Assembly: GCA_030149205.1 (NCBI GenBank)
Contig: JASBSB010000001.1
Location: forward strand, 134,357 to 198,356
Length of the DNA: 64,000 nucleotides
Reading direction: 5' to 3'
Source of the DNA: Candidatus Heimdallarchaeota archaeon
GTDB lineage: Archaea > Asgardarchaeota > Heimdallarchaeia > Heimdallarchaeales > Kariarchaeaceae
Positions within the stretch are counted from its first letter, which is position 1. Every line of letters starts with the position of its first letter. The position numbers and the translations under genes were made by a program. Positions 18,555 through 28,481 of this stretch are shown here, one piece after another. A model generated the notes under the pieces. It had not been told where the DNA came from, did not search any database, and worked only from the letters and a program-made list of their open reading frames with translations.

Positions 18555-19319
18555 ATGAAGTTTGCCGATTCACATGCCCACTTACATCCTCCTGAGTTTA
18601 CAAACAACAATTTAAATCAAATTGTAGCTGAAGCTCTAGAGGCAAATGTGACTACAATTGTAAATTGTGCATCATTTCCAAAGGATTATTTCTTTGTTAG
18701 GTCTTCTAGTAGTTTTGATGAAGTTTACTTTACTCTTGGAATTCAACCAACAATTGCTCAATATCATAGGGGGACAGATTGGGAAATATTGTTTGCAGAT
18801 ATTTTAAACGAAGAAGTAAAATTTAAAGGAATTGGGGAGGTTGGTTTAGATTATTACTGGGTGAAAACAGAGAAGGAGAGAAAAATCCAACAGGAGGTAT
18901 TTAAAACACTTATTGAGACAGCAAATTCATTGAATTTAAACCTCATAATTCATTGTCGAAAAGCTGAAGAGAAAACTTTAGAATTGCTTGAGATGCTCGC
19001 AGAGGTTCCTGTGCTTCTGCATTCATTTGAAGGAAATTTAGAAGCGTGCAACAAAGCAAAAGACCTGGGGTACAAAGTAACAGTTCCTACAAATGTAACC
19101 ATTAGAAAAAATCGTAAAAAGGTAGTTCAACGTATGGGACTGGAGAACATTCTTCTTGAAACAGATTCTCCCTATTGCTCTCCCTCACCAGAAATAAAGA
19201 TAAACTCACCCAAAACCGTTCCAATTGCTGCTCAAACAGTAACCAAGGTCTTAGGGGCGACTTTAGAAGATGTAGCGAATGTTACCACTAATAATTTTAC
19301 AAAATTTTATAAAATTTGA
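18555..19319 (+). CDS. tatD: TatD-family metal-dependent hydrolase (DNase).
   Basis: The sequence MKFADSHAHL (HxH) is present, followed by the conserved E and H residues of the TIM-barrel hydrolase. The start is placed at the ATG at 18555 inside the longer ORF called at 18453. Confidence 0.75.
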   Translation: MKFADSHAHLHPPEFTNNNLNQIVAEALEANVTTIVNCASFPKDYFFVRSSSSFDEVYFTLGIQPTIAQYHRGTDWEILFADILNEEVKFKGIGEVGLDYYWVKTEKERKIQQEVFKTLIETANSLNLNLIIHCRKAEEKTLELLEMLAEVPVLLHSFEGNLEACNKAKDLGYKVTVPTNVTIRKNRKKVVQRMGLENILLETDSPYCSPSPEIKINSPKTVPIAAQTVTKVLGATLEDVANVTTNNFTKFYKI

Positions 19320-19502
19320 GAATCACAAATTTCTAAAATTCATCGAACTTATTGATAAATTCATAGGTCACTGTATTCTGATAATAATATTTTACATTTT
19401 AATATATTGATAAGTATTCTTAGGATGAGTACTTTAAGTCTATCATTTCGACTAATACAAATGTAAAATAAGTTATAATTAATTAGTAAGGCTTCTTTTA
19501 AC

Positions 19503-20054
19503 TTATCTTTTTCTTTTGACCACTACGACGGATGTAACTAGTAATGCAAATAAGGCACCTAAAATTTCATAACCTGGAAGAAAACTACCTGCTACACTTC
19601 CCACAACCAATGTTCCCTTCATACCAGCATCTTTATGACCTGAGACTGTGCACCAAAAATCAGTTTTTACATCTACATTTGGCATCTGAATGTTAAGTGA
19701 ATTAACTGCACCATCATATACCGTCTTACCATTAACTGTTGTTTCCCCTTCAATCATAAACGCTTTTACGTCTTTGTTTGTTGAGTTTTGTACGGCAAAA
19801 TCATGAAGTTGAGTATCTTTATTTACAAGGGTGAAGGTTACACAAGCACCTTTAGGTACCTTAATCTCGCTAACATTATATTTTAACCCTGGTCCTGCCT
19901 GAATGGTAACAGACTCAGTTGGAGTAGTACAATTACTTTTCATTATATATCCTAAGCCCATCTGTGGTGTTGCAGAAACATTATAGTTTGAGAAAACCAA
20001 CAGGAAAAGGATCATTGACATGAATAATGATGTCTTTATTACTTTGTTGTTCAA
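19503..20054 (-). CDS. Plastocyanin/azurin-like blue (type 1) copper protein with a signal peptide and a PGF-CTERM-like C-terminal sorting/anchor segment.
   Basis: The copper ligands are present: His in QLHDF, and CTVSGH...GM supplying C, H and M. There is an N-terminal hydrophobic signal. The C-terminal PGYEILGALFALLVTSVVVVKRKR is a PG(F/Y) motif followed by a TM helix and a basic tail. Confidence 0.75.
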   Translation of the reverse strand: MNNKVIKTSLFMSMILFLLVFSNYNVSATPQMGLGYIMKSNCTTPTESVTIQAGPGLKYNVSEIKVPKGACVTFTLVNKDTQLHDFAVQNSTNKDVKAFMIEGETTVNGKTVYDGAVNSLNIQMPNVDVKTDFWCTVSGHKDAGMKGTLVVGSVAGSFLPGYEILGALFALLVTSVVVVKRKR

Positions 20055-20377
20055 TTTATCACCTGTTAAGATGAGCTAACTAAAAATTTGTTGTTTTTAA
20101 ATATATCGGGGATTGTCCTATTAATTTGTATTCAATCTATATTGATAGTAGAGACATAAGCATTAAATCTTTACTAAGTATAGTTGTTTTCAGGGGTAGG
20201 ATAAAAAAAATATCCACCCATTTGAAAAATTAAGACAATTTAATTTTTTTCTATTCATTAAGAGTTGAATAATATAGTGTGTAATATTTTCGATTTACCT
20301 AAATTTATAATATCTGAATTTCAATAAATTTCCCGTAACATTACTAAGATTTTAATCTTCAACTAATACCTAAGCTT

Positions 20378-22024
20378 ATGTCTGATCAAAAATCTTTACA
20401 GGAAGAGATTGTAGAGGTGTGCTTAAGAAGGGGGATAATATTCCCGACTGCAGAAATCTACGGAGGTGTGGCAGGTTTTTATGAGTTTGGCCCTGTTGGG
20501 CAGACACTTCGTCTACAGTTGATCAACCTCTGGAGACAACATTTCATTCAATCTGAAGAAAACATAGTTGAAATATTTGGTTCAACTATTTTGCCAGAGA
20601 AGGTTTTTGAAGCAAGTGGCCACATCGAAGGTTTTAGTGACCCATTAACTCAATGTGATAAGTGTAAATCAATGTATCGGGCAGATCATCTTCTTGAGAA
20701 TCATGATACTGAAACTATTAATTTTGATGTATTGACACTCCAAATGCTTGATACACGAATAAACGAATTAAAGATCAGGTGCCCAAGCTGTGGTGGTAAC
20801 CTTCTCCCAACTAAAAAGTTTAATTTGATGTTTGAAACCACAATTGGACCATCCTCAGATAAAAAGGGATATCTAAGACCTGAGACGGCACAAAATATTT
20901 TTATAAATTTCAAGAGAATTGCTAATTTTCTAAGAGATAAGTTACCTTTCGGAGTAGCTCAGATTGGAAAAGCTTACAGAAATGAAATTTCGCCAAGAAA
21001 TTTTTTGGTTAGGATGAGGGAATTTGAACAGATGGAGATTGAAATGTTTGTTAACCCAGATGAAATAAACGAACACCCAAGTTGGGATGAGATCTCTGAC
21101 CTTGAAATTAACATACTAACCAGAGAAAACCAACTGAAAAAACAAAAGTTCAAGAGAATGACAGTTCAAAAGGCATTAGACGATAATATCATTCCCAATC
21201 AATACTTTGGTTACTATCTTGCTCTTGAAAGTGAGTTTATAGAAATGTTAGGTGTAGAGACAAGCCAATTTTGGTTTAGACACCTACTCGAAGATGAGAC
21301 TGCACATTATAGCAAGGCAAACTTTGATTTAGAGGTTCAATTTCCTTTTGGCGTAGTTGAATGTGTGGGAAACGCTTACAGAACAGACTATGATTTAAAG
21401 AAGCACCAAGAGTATTCTAAGGCTAATCTCTTCGTGGTTACCCCAGAAGGAAAAAAGATAGTCCCTCATGTGATCGAACCATCTTTCGGTGTAACTAGGT
21501 TAATTTACATAATCTTGTTAAATGCATATCAAAATAAAAGCAGGGATTGGACCTGGTTCAAATTTCCCAATGTTCTTGCACCATATGAGGTACTGGTAGC
21601 GCCTCTGATGAAAAAAGATGGATTGAAAGAAGAGGCGTATAATTTCTTTTGGGAGTTAAAAGACGAAGGAATTGATGTGATTTATGATGAGTCCGGTAAA
21701 ATTGGAAAACGGTATGCTCGAGCAGACGAAGTTGGTGTCCTGTATTGTATTACTATAGATTACCAATCATTAGAGGACGAAACAGTTACCATTCGAGACC
21801 GTGATACTACTATCCAATATCGAATCCCAACGGATGCAACTGCTCAGGTGGTAAAAGAACTAGTTTTAGGATTGATCTCTTTTGAGGATCTACAGCAAGA
21901 ATTTGAAGAAATTAATGCTGGTGACACTAAAGGAGTAGAAAAGCGCAAAGTTGAAACGAACAAAACTCAACAGAATACAAAAAAAGGTAGAAGCAAGAAG
22001 AAACAAAACAAGAAAAGCTCGTAA
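20378..22024 (+). CDS. glyS: Glycine--tRNA ligase (archaeal/eukaryotic-type class II GlyRS) with a lysine-rich C-terminal extension.
   Basis: The N-terminus PTAEIYGGVAGFYEFGPVG, the class II motifs (FRNE, GxGxGxxR-like) and the C-terminal anticodon-binding domain are present. Confidence 0.85.
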   Translation: MSDQKSLQEEIVEVCLRRGIIFPTAEIYGGVAGFYEFGPVGQTLRLQLINLWRQHFIQSEENIVEIFGSTILPEKVFEASGHIEGFSDPLTQCDKCKSMYRADHLLENHDTETINFDVLTLQMLDTRINELKIRCPSCGGNLLPTKKFNLMFETTIGPSSDKKGYLRPETAQNIFINFKRIANFLRDKLPFGVAQIGKAYRNEISPRNFLVRMREFEQMEIEMFVNPDEINEHPSWDEISDLEINILTRENQLKKQKFKRMTVQKALDDNIIPNQYFGYYLALESEFIEMLGVETSQFWFRHLLEDETAHYSKANFDLEVQFPFGVVECVGNAYRTDYDLKKHQEYSKANLFVVTPEGKKIVPHVIEPSFGVTRLIYIILLNAYQNKSRDWTWFKFPNVLAPYEVLVAPLMKKDGLKEEAYNFFWELKDEGIDVIYDESGKIGKRYARADEVGVLYCITIDYQSLEDETVTIRDRDTTIQYRIPTDATAQVVKELVLGLISFEDLQQEFEEINAGDTKGVEKRKVETNKTQQNTKKGRSKKKQNKKSS

Positions 22025-22121
22025 AACACCCAATTAATTTAAGGGTCTAAAGGTTTTATATTTGTTTAAGCCTAGGGTCTCTACTGAAAAGTACATATAC
22101 TAAATTTCGAATACTTTAATT

Positions 22122-22265
22122 ATGACAGAATATAGATGTTTACGCTGTAGAACAAGGATCAATCCCACAGAACTTGTTGATGAGAAAATTCAATGCACAT
22201 ACTGTGGGTACAGAATTCTTGAAAAAACCAGACCTGCAGTTATTCATCGAATTAGAACTGATTAA
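22122..22265 (+). CDS. rpoP: DNA-directed RNA polymerase subunit P (Rpo12/RpoP). It is not in the supplied ORF track.
   Basis: The 47-aa ORF is MTEYRCLRCRTRINPTELVDEKIQCTYCGYRILEKTRPAVIHRIRTD. It has a CxxC...CxxC zinc ribbon with the conserved Y+C...RCxYCGxRIL.K.RP pattern of RpoP. Confidence 0.6.
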   Translation: MTEYRCLRCRTRINPTELVDEKIQCTYCGYRILEKTRPAVIHRIRTD

Positions 22266-23017
22266 ACACCTTCTCTGAAATTAGATAAAATATCATTTAC
22301 AACTTTCCATTCATCTGAATCGAGCCAAGGTGCTGACAATATTATTCCATCAACATTTAACTGGTTTAGATCTAACAATCTGTTTTTAAGATTATTTGTT
22401 GTCAGTTCAATCTGAGTTCTATCTCTTTTACCTACCATTCTTTTAACCCACCCATTATACTTTTTAAAAGATCTAGGGGGAAGATCCTTAAGCAATAGGG
22501 GTGCATATACCATTATTTTATTGAAAGAGTACCCTTCAGTAATTTTTTTGACTTCAACTGGTGATGACGTATTCAATACTACACCAAACCCCTGATCAGA
22601 AGACCATTTTAATACCTTCGAAGACATAGAACCCACTAAGACTTTATCTTTTGGGAGGCTCTGAATAATTGAATCTAGGGAGTAAATAAGTTTTTGACTA
22701 GGCGAGGAAGGAAACATTTCCAGTTTCTTCAAACGTTCAAAATCTCCTAAGCCCAATCCTAAATACATGTCCAGTGAATTTACGGTGCTTGAATACTGTT
22801 TTAGCAGGTTGGTGTTGTTTGCAAGTATTATTGCTGATGCAATAGCTACTCCTACTGGCTGTAAAGTCTGGGATAACCTTTTTCTTTCGATAATCGCTTT
22901 GATGACCTCCTCCTCAGAAGAAGAGAGAGATGTCCCAAACCAAACCCTATCGTGCACCAAGTCCTTGGGTAGATTGGAGCCAATAGATTGGTTTATCCCA
23001 ATTTCTAACCGTGGCAT
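22262..23017 (-). CDS. Hypothetical 251-aa protein.
   Basis: It is a long ORF with ordinary composition and no recognised motif. Confidence 0.4.
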   Translation of the reverse strand: MPRLEIGINQSIGSNLPKDLVHDRVWFGTSLSSSEEEVIKAIIERKRLSQTLQPVGVAIASAIILANNTNLLKQYSSTVNSLDMYLGLGLGDFERLKKLEMFPSSPSQKLIYSLDSIIQSLPKDKVLVGSMSSKVLKWSSDQGFGVVLNTSSPVEVKKITEGYSFNKIMVYAPLLLKDLPPRSFKKYNGWVKRMVGKRDRTQIELTTNNLKNRLLDLNQLNVDGIILSAPWLDSDEWKVVNDILSNFREGV

Positions 23018-23023
23018 GAAGAT

Positions 23024-23299
23024 CTATTTTCGTATCAAATCAATACTTTCCCTTTCAAAACCAATTTCTTCCAATAAGTCGAGAATTCTAAACTCATGAT
23101 TTCCCTGAAGCTCTATTAAATCTCCTTTTACGGTTCCCCCACAAGCGAGCTTTGTTTTAAGGGTGTTGGCAATTTGTTTTAAATTGAATTCTTTGGGATC
23201 CAGACCTGAAATTACAGTATAGATCTTTCCCCATTTTCTTTTTTCTAGGACTACCTTTAACCTTGCTTCACCTTTTGCGACTTCATCACAAATGCACAA
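23024..23299 (-). CDS. Translation initiation factor aIF1 (SUI1/eIF1 homolog). The true N-terminus probably extends to about 23350.
   Basis: The SUI1 core is present (...TVISGLDPKEFNLKQIANTLKTKLACGGTVKGDLIELQGNHE...). The called ORF starts at a TTG. The N-terminal zinc-binding motif CSVCGLPEELCICDEV continues in frame upstream of it, and the only possible upstream start is ATA at 23348..23350. Confidence 0.75.
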   Translation of the reverse strand: MCICDEVAKGEARLKVVLEKRKWGKIYTVISGLDPKEFNLKQIANTLKTKLACGGTVKGDLIELQGNHEFRILDLLEEIGFERESIDLIRK

Positions 23300-23467
23300 T
23301 TCTTCTGGTAATCCACATACTGAGCAAGTTTCTACTTCATCATCGAATATTGTTGTTCAACCTCTTATAATTTGTTTCCATCTTTTGATGTTAAATCATA
23401 GTTACAGTAATCTATAATAAAGATTACCTCTATGCACTTTATATAAGCCAAAAAAGTGAATAATTTT

Positions 23468-24445
23468 TCAGATTGTGGTTACCTTCGCGCCTGACTCTTC
23501 GATGATCATTGTATGTTCAAATTGAGAAATAACAGCCTTTGAATCTGTTGCTCTAAGAACATGATATTCTTGTATCCCTGCAACTTTTCGAAGTTCCATC
23601 ATCCCCATCTTTAGTTCTGGTCTGGTGACACCCTTTTCAATAAGCCATCGTTCTGCAAAGGGAAGCCCTTGAAACTCATGAATAGCAAGCTTTTGAATTT
23701 TCTTAGCTGGTTTTGTTCTCAAAGGAACTTTGAATGGTGCAACTCTGAAAATGTTAACTTTGGAATAGTCCTGCCCAAGACCTCCTGGGTGAGTGCTAAC
23801 AAAAGGTTCAATTGCGAAGACCTCACCTAACTCAACTTTATCCCCTTTTTCTACCCTCACATTCGGAACAGTTTTCCCAGCATGAACTGCGAATCTTTCC
23901 ACTGAATGACCTCTTAATTCTCTAATTGGATAAAATCCTTCATCTGTTACAATTTTCTCAATAATACCACCGATTGACCCAGTGTCAGCCCCTGGTCTCA
24001 TAAACTGAATCGCTTCATCCAATGCCTTTTGATTTACTTCCAGAAGTTTGGAATAACTTCCATCCAGGTCCACTGAAGTTGCTGTATCGGAAATATACCC
24101 TTCAAGTGATACACCTACATCAATCTTTACCACTCCTTTCTTAGGTATCTTCAAATCATCTTCTGGAGTACCTGTGTAATGAGCAGCCACATCATTAATC
24201 CCAATATTAATGGGAAAAGCTGGCTTTGCCTCATTCTCTCTAATGAATGAATCTGCGATATTACAAAGATCGAGTACGGATGCATTAGGTTTTACCTCTA
24301 ATGCCATTTTATCCCGCAATTGTTTTCCAAGATCACCAGCTTTTAACCAAAGTTCATGTTCTTCCTCCTTAGAGTAGTCTTTTACCTTAAGGCTGGGATG
24401 TTGAACCTCATTTTGTAGGGCTAATGCTCTCTTGATGCTATACAT
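23468..24445 (-). CDS. map: Methionine aminopeptidase, archaeal type 2 (M24 family).
   Basis: The pita-bread fold motifs are present: AKPAFPINIGINDVAAHYT, metal ligands D...D...H...E...E, and the C-terminal HTMIIEE pattern. Confidence 0.8.
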   Translation of the reverse strand: MYSIKRALALQNEVQHPSLKVKDYSKEEEHELWLKAGDLGKQLRDKMALEVKPNASVLDLCNIADSFIRENEAKPAFPINIGINDVAAHYTGTPEDDLKIPKKGVVKIDVGVSLEGYISDTATSVDLDGSYSKLLEVNQKALDEAIQFMRPGADTGSIGGIIEKIVTDEGFYPIRELRGHSVERFAVHAGKTVPNVRVEKGDKVELGEVFAIEPFVSTHPGGLGQDYSKVNIFRVAPFKVPLRTKPAKKIQKLAIHEFQGLPFAERWLIEKGVTRPELKMGMMELRKVAGIQEYHVLRATDSKAVISQFEHTMIIEESGAKVTTI

Positions 24446-24941
24446 AAATTATGTTATGAATATCAAAATTAAAAACCCTAGGTTAAATTCAAGGTGTTGA
24501 AAAGTAAAAGTAGTTGTTGTTTGATAGAAATTTTGGTGTATTTTTTATTTGGGGTCGTAAGATGAGCATTTCTTTACGTTTGGATAGTCTTTTTTGAGCA
24601 CCAAACATAGAAAGCTTTTCCCCTTAAAGGAACACGAAAGACACAATGAGTCTAATTCAACCAACTGCTCATGTACTCTGTCGATCATGTTTTGGTTTGT
24701 TATGATGTTTGTTACAGTCATTTTTGATTACCTTTGAATGTTTAATTCAACAGGTAGCCAACGAACCAAAGCTCGTCTATAGGTGTGATCAGAAAATCCC
24801 GTGGGATTTAATGTTAATCTTAGGTACGAATTAATCTTTATAAAGATTGTTTTTATGAAGAAATAACAGCATATTTTGTTATATAATAGCTAAATTTGTT
24901 GAACATTTTCCAGAAAATCTCGAAATTTATAAAAAATTTTA

Positions 24942-25700
24942 TCACTTAAATTTCGATTTGTCCTCGGTTAAATCATCATCATACTCATCATCATATGAGA
25001 GTGAAATCAATTGTTGACGTAAACTGCTTGCCTTTGTCTTCAACGTGGTAAGATCAATCCCGGTTAAAGCAATTTTTTCAAAGACTGTTAATACATTAAA
25101 TGCAGCCAAGTAGTCTGGAAGTTCTGGAATACAATCAGATAAAATGCTTATCACATTAATATCCTCAAGATAACCTTGCAATAAAGATAGAGCAACGGAA
25201 CCAAAAACTAAGCCTGATGTGGTAAATGATAGATTCGTCTTAGATAAAATTTCTTCTCTCAGTTTCTCATCTGATGTACCAAGATGATACGGGAGTTCAT
25301 CAGCGTCTCCTCGTCTCCCCGTTGGTAAACCTCCAAGAACATAAACTCTTGAAACCTCACCCTCTTTATAGGTTTTAAAAAGTAATTTGATTAGTGGTTT
25401 TAAATCAGATTTAGTAATATTTGCATTATTCACTACCGCAATATAACGATCGTTTTGAAAAATCCGCATAGGATGTTTGACAACCCCATCACGAACCACA
25501 GCAACATTTGGGATTAAATCACTCTCAATAAATGCCACCTCATCCAAGTCTAGAGATTGAATTAGATGATAAGAAGCCAAATTTCCAACAAATCCACTAC
25601 CCGTGAAAGATTGAAAGACTGTTTTACCCTTTAGAATTAACTCAGAATCTGAGATTTGGTTAATTTGAAGCTCCATGAAAATATTTAAAATTACTGACAT
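24942..25700 (-). CDS. PAC2-family protein (proteasome assembly chaperone-like, COG1938).
   Basis: The characteristic FTGSGFVGNLASYHL (FxGxGxxG) N-terminal motif is present. The protein is 252 aa with an acidic C-tail. Confidence 0.5.
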   Translation of the reverse strand: MSVILNIFMELQINQISDSELILKGKTVFQSFTGSGFVGNLASYHLIQSLDLDEVAFIESDLIPNVAVVRDGVVKHPMRIFQNDRYIAVVNNANITKSDLKPLIKLLFKTYKEGEVSRVYVLGGLPTGRRGDADELPYHLGTSDEKLREEILSKTNLSFTTSGLVFGSVALSLLQGYLEDINVISILSDCIPELPDYLAAFNVLTVFEKIALTGIDLTTLKTKASSLRQQLISLSYDDEYDDDLTEDKSKFK

Positions 25701-25753
25701 TAAAAGACTTAGATTGAACTGTCAAAATAGTTTATGATTTAAAGGTATGAAAC

Positions 25754-26755
25754 TCAATTTTCTCGTATGATTAATTCGTCCGATCCTGGTCCTGTAGATA
25801 GATATTTCACTGGTACACCTGTTTCAGATTCAACAGACTCAATAAATTTGATAGCTTCGGGAGTCAACTTATCCATTGTTGTTGCACTTTTGACCTCAGG
25901 AAATAGAACATCAAGCTTTGTCAAAGCGATCGCAGTTGCACCATTTAATCTTACTGATTTCTTAGCTAAAGTGTAATCAAATGGAGCTGCTCTTCTTAGT
26001 CTTCCAGTGACTGTACCATACTCGGTCCAACCTCTTTTTATTACCTCTTCCTCTGAAAGTTCACCATTCAATGGACCAGTTCCCACACGGGTTGTAAATC
26101 CCTTGAAAACGACTATAACCTCATCTACATAGGTTGGACCCACACCAACATCAGCAAGACATGTGGGCGCAGTGACATCTTTTGAAGTAACAAACGGATA
26201 GGTTCCGTGAATGAGACTGAGATGTGTTGCCTGTGATCCTTCGATAATTATGTCTTTACCTTGTTCAAGAAGATCGTTTAATTCATTAGAAACATCAATT
26301 AAATATTGTTTTAACTCTGGCATCTCTCTTGCCAATTTGAGCTTTCTTGATGCTCTGTCTTCATTAGCTGGACCACATCCAGTCCCAGTAGAACCAATTT
26401 TGTTATGGAGATGATCATCCTTGCGATCTCTATCAATATGATTTTGCTCAATGATCCCAGTGTGATAGTCCACGAAGACTCTCCCTGAAGTATTTGTTTC
26501 TTTTATCTCATTTAACAATATTGAAGGATTTACGAGGACACCCGCGCCAACGTATAACTTAAGATCTTTGTTGAAAAAGCCAGAGGGAAGTAACTGAAGC
26601 TTATAGGTTTGCCCATGATGAACCACAGTATGTCCTGCATTAGGCCCGGTTCCCGCTCTTGCAATTGCAGAGTATTTTGAACCAGTGGCAAGATATGAAA
26701 CTATTTTCCCTTTTCCTTCGTCTCCAAATTGACCCCCCACTACGATTGTGATCAC
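25754..26755 (-). CDS. purA: Adenylosuccinate synthetase (short archaeal form).
   Basis: The P-loop GQFGDEGKGKIV, GTGPNAGH, GTTxxGIGP-like and GxxxxxVGxGP motifs are present. Confidence 0.9.
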   Translation of the reverse strand: MITIVVGGQFGDEGKGKIVSYLATGSKYSAIARAGTGPNAGHTVVHHGQTYKLQLLPSGFFNKDLKLYVGAGVLVNPSILLNEIKETNTSGRVFVDYHTGIIEQNHIDRDRKDDHLHNKIGSTGTGCGPANEDRASRKLKLAREMPELKQYLIDVSNELNDLLEQGKDIIIEGSQATHLSLIHGTYPFVTSKDVTAPTCLADVGVGPTYVDEVIVVFKGFTTRVGTGPLNGELSEEEVIKRGWTEYGTVTGRLRRAAPFDYTLAKKSVRLNGATAIALTKLDVLFPEVKSATTMDKLTPEAIKFIESVESETGVPVKYLSTGPGSDELIIREN

Positions 26756-26939
26756 AGGTAAACAGTTACCTCATGATTAATAAAACTGTTAGTCGAGACT
26801 AGTCAAATTGTTAATAAATTAAAGTTAGACTTTATCAAACCATATAATTTAATCCTTATTTTTGAGAGTTTCAAGCAATACTTGTCTAGTCTTACAAAAA
26901 ATATTTATAAACTCACGAAAATGAATTTTTGCAAACCAA

Positions 26940-27506
26940 ATGAAGAGGTACATCTCAAAACTTGTGCTCTGTGGTGAAATGGCTGTAGGTAAGACCAGTA
27001 TCAGAAGAAAATATTTTGGTGAAAGATTTCTCAAAGAACACTTAGCCACACTGGGAGCAGATTTCAACATTAAGAGACTCACATTGGACGAAAACAACAC
27101 CTTAGAATTGCAAATTTGGGATATTGCAGGTCAAACCAACTTCCAAGGACTTCGAAAACGCTTTTTTAGAGGCGCCACTTGTGCGTTCATGATATTTGAT
27201 CTAACACGAAAAGATACTTTTTACAAACTTGAAAAATGGATTAATGAAGTTTGGGATGTAAATAAAAGCAAAGAAATGCCTATCGCGATAATTGGAAATA
27301 AGATGGATCTTGAAACTCCGGAGGTTAAAATGGAAGATGTCCTGCAATTTCTAAACAAAATTCGTTCTGAAAATGATCTGTCTGATAGCACCTTTCTGAA
27401 ATACTATGAAACAAGCGCTATGACTGGTGAGAACATAAATATCTGCTTTGAAGAAATGGCAAAGGCAGTAATAGAATTCAACAAAAAGTTTACCGAGGTA
27501 ATTTAA
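26940..27506 (+). CDS. Ras-superfamily small GTPase, Rab/Ras-like.
   Basis: All G motifs are present: G1 GEMAVGKTS, the switch I T in TLGADF, G3 WDIAGQ, G4 GNKMDL, and G5 ETSAMTG. There is no C-terminal prenylation motif. Confidence 0.75.
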   Translation: MKRYISKLVLCGEMAVGKTSIRRKYFGERFLKEHLATLGADFNIKRLTLDENNTLELQIWDIAGQTNFQGLRKRFFRGATCAFMIFDLTRKDTFYKLEKWINEVWDVNKSKEMPIAIIGNKMDLETPEVKMEDVLQFLNKIRSENDLSDSTFLKYYETSAMTGENINICFEEMAKAVIEFNKKFTEVI

Positions 27507-27556
27507 CAATTCTTCCATAGAACAAGCTTTTAAATAAATATCTTAGAATAAAATAC

Positions 27557-28378
27557 ATGAATACTCCCTTTTCAGTTTTGGATATATTGCAAGCAAAAAC
27601 TGATGGCAAAAAGCTTGTTGAAATAACAGCATATGACTATTCCTTTGCAAAACTAATTGATAAGACTTCTAACGTTGATATGATTCTGGTTGGAGACTCA
27701 CTAGGGATGGTTGTGCAAGGTAACCCTACACCTATCCCTGTGACAATAGACCAGATGGTCTATCATACCAACATGGTTAGTCGAGCGGCAGAACATGCGA
27801 TGGTCATTGGAGACATGCCTTTCTTGTCATACCAAATTGATGAAACCAGCGCAGTCAAAAACGCAGGAAGGTTAATTCAAGAAGGTGGAGCAAACGCAGT
27901 AAAATTAGAGGGAGCTGGAAGAATGACTCCTATTATTAAGCATCTCGTAGAAATCGGAATACCAGTTCAAGGACACCTGGGTTTGACTCCTCAATCTATT
28001 AACTTGCTCGGAGGTTGGAAGGTTCAAGGAAAAACAAAGTCTTCCGCAGAAAAAATCAGAGACCAAGCATTGGAACTTCAAGAGGCAGGTGTTTTTTCAA
28101 TTGTTCTCGAGGGACTACCAATTGACACCGCTAGATTTGTAACTGAAGCAGTTTCAGTACCAACTATTGGAATCGGTGCTGGATGGCACTGTGATGGTCA
28201 AGTTTTAGTAATGCATGACTTACTAGGTCTCTCTGAATTTTCACCTCGATTTGCAAAAAGGTACGCTGATCTTGGAAAGATGGTTAGTGATGCAGTTGAT
28301 GGTTATGCAAAAGAGGTTAGGGAAGGAATTTTCCCGAATGAGGAATATTCCTACAAAACCAGAGTTAATCTTTCTTAA
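27557..28378 (+). CDS. panB: 3-methyl-2-oxobutanoate hydroxymethyltransferase (ketopantoate hydroxymethyltransferase).
   Basis: The sequence VGDSLGMVVQGNPTPIPVT and the conserved K/E residues of the PanB TIM barrel are present. Confidence 0.85.
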   Translation: MNTPFSVLDILQAKTDGKKLVEITAYDYSFAKLIDKTSNVDMILVGDSLGMVVQGNPTPIPVTIDQMVYHTNMVSRAAEHAMVIGDMPFLSYQIDETSAVKNAGRLIQEGGANAVKLEGAGRMTPIIKHLVEIGIPVQGHLGLTPQSINLLGGWKVQGKTKSSAEKIRDQALELQEAGVFSIVLEGLPIDTARFVTEAVSVPTIGIGAGWHCDGQVLVMHDLLGLSEFSPRFAKRYADLGKMVSDAVDGYAKEVREGIFPNEEYSYKTRVNLS

Positions 28379-28481
28379 ACATAAAAATATATTGAAATCA
28401 ATAATAACTCTAAAAAGAGCTAATCACCTTAGTTTATTGCACGTGTCCCACAGCAAACACAGATTAAATATTCGTATCATC

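Noticed and set aside
24700-24800. A C/D-box sRNA (UGAUG/CUGA boxes).
   Set aside because: Box-like hexamers occur, but not with the required C-D'-C'-D order and spacing. AT-rich DNA produces these by chance.
28251-28481. The N-terminal 77 codons of the called 715-aa ORF overlapping panB.
   Set aside because: A 128-nt overlap with a well-supported gene is unlikely. The MFS first TM helix begins right after the ATG at 28482.
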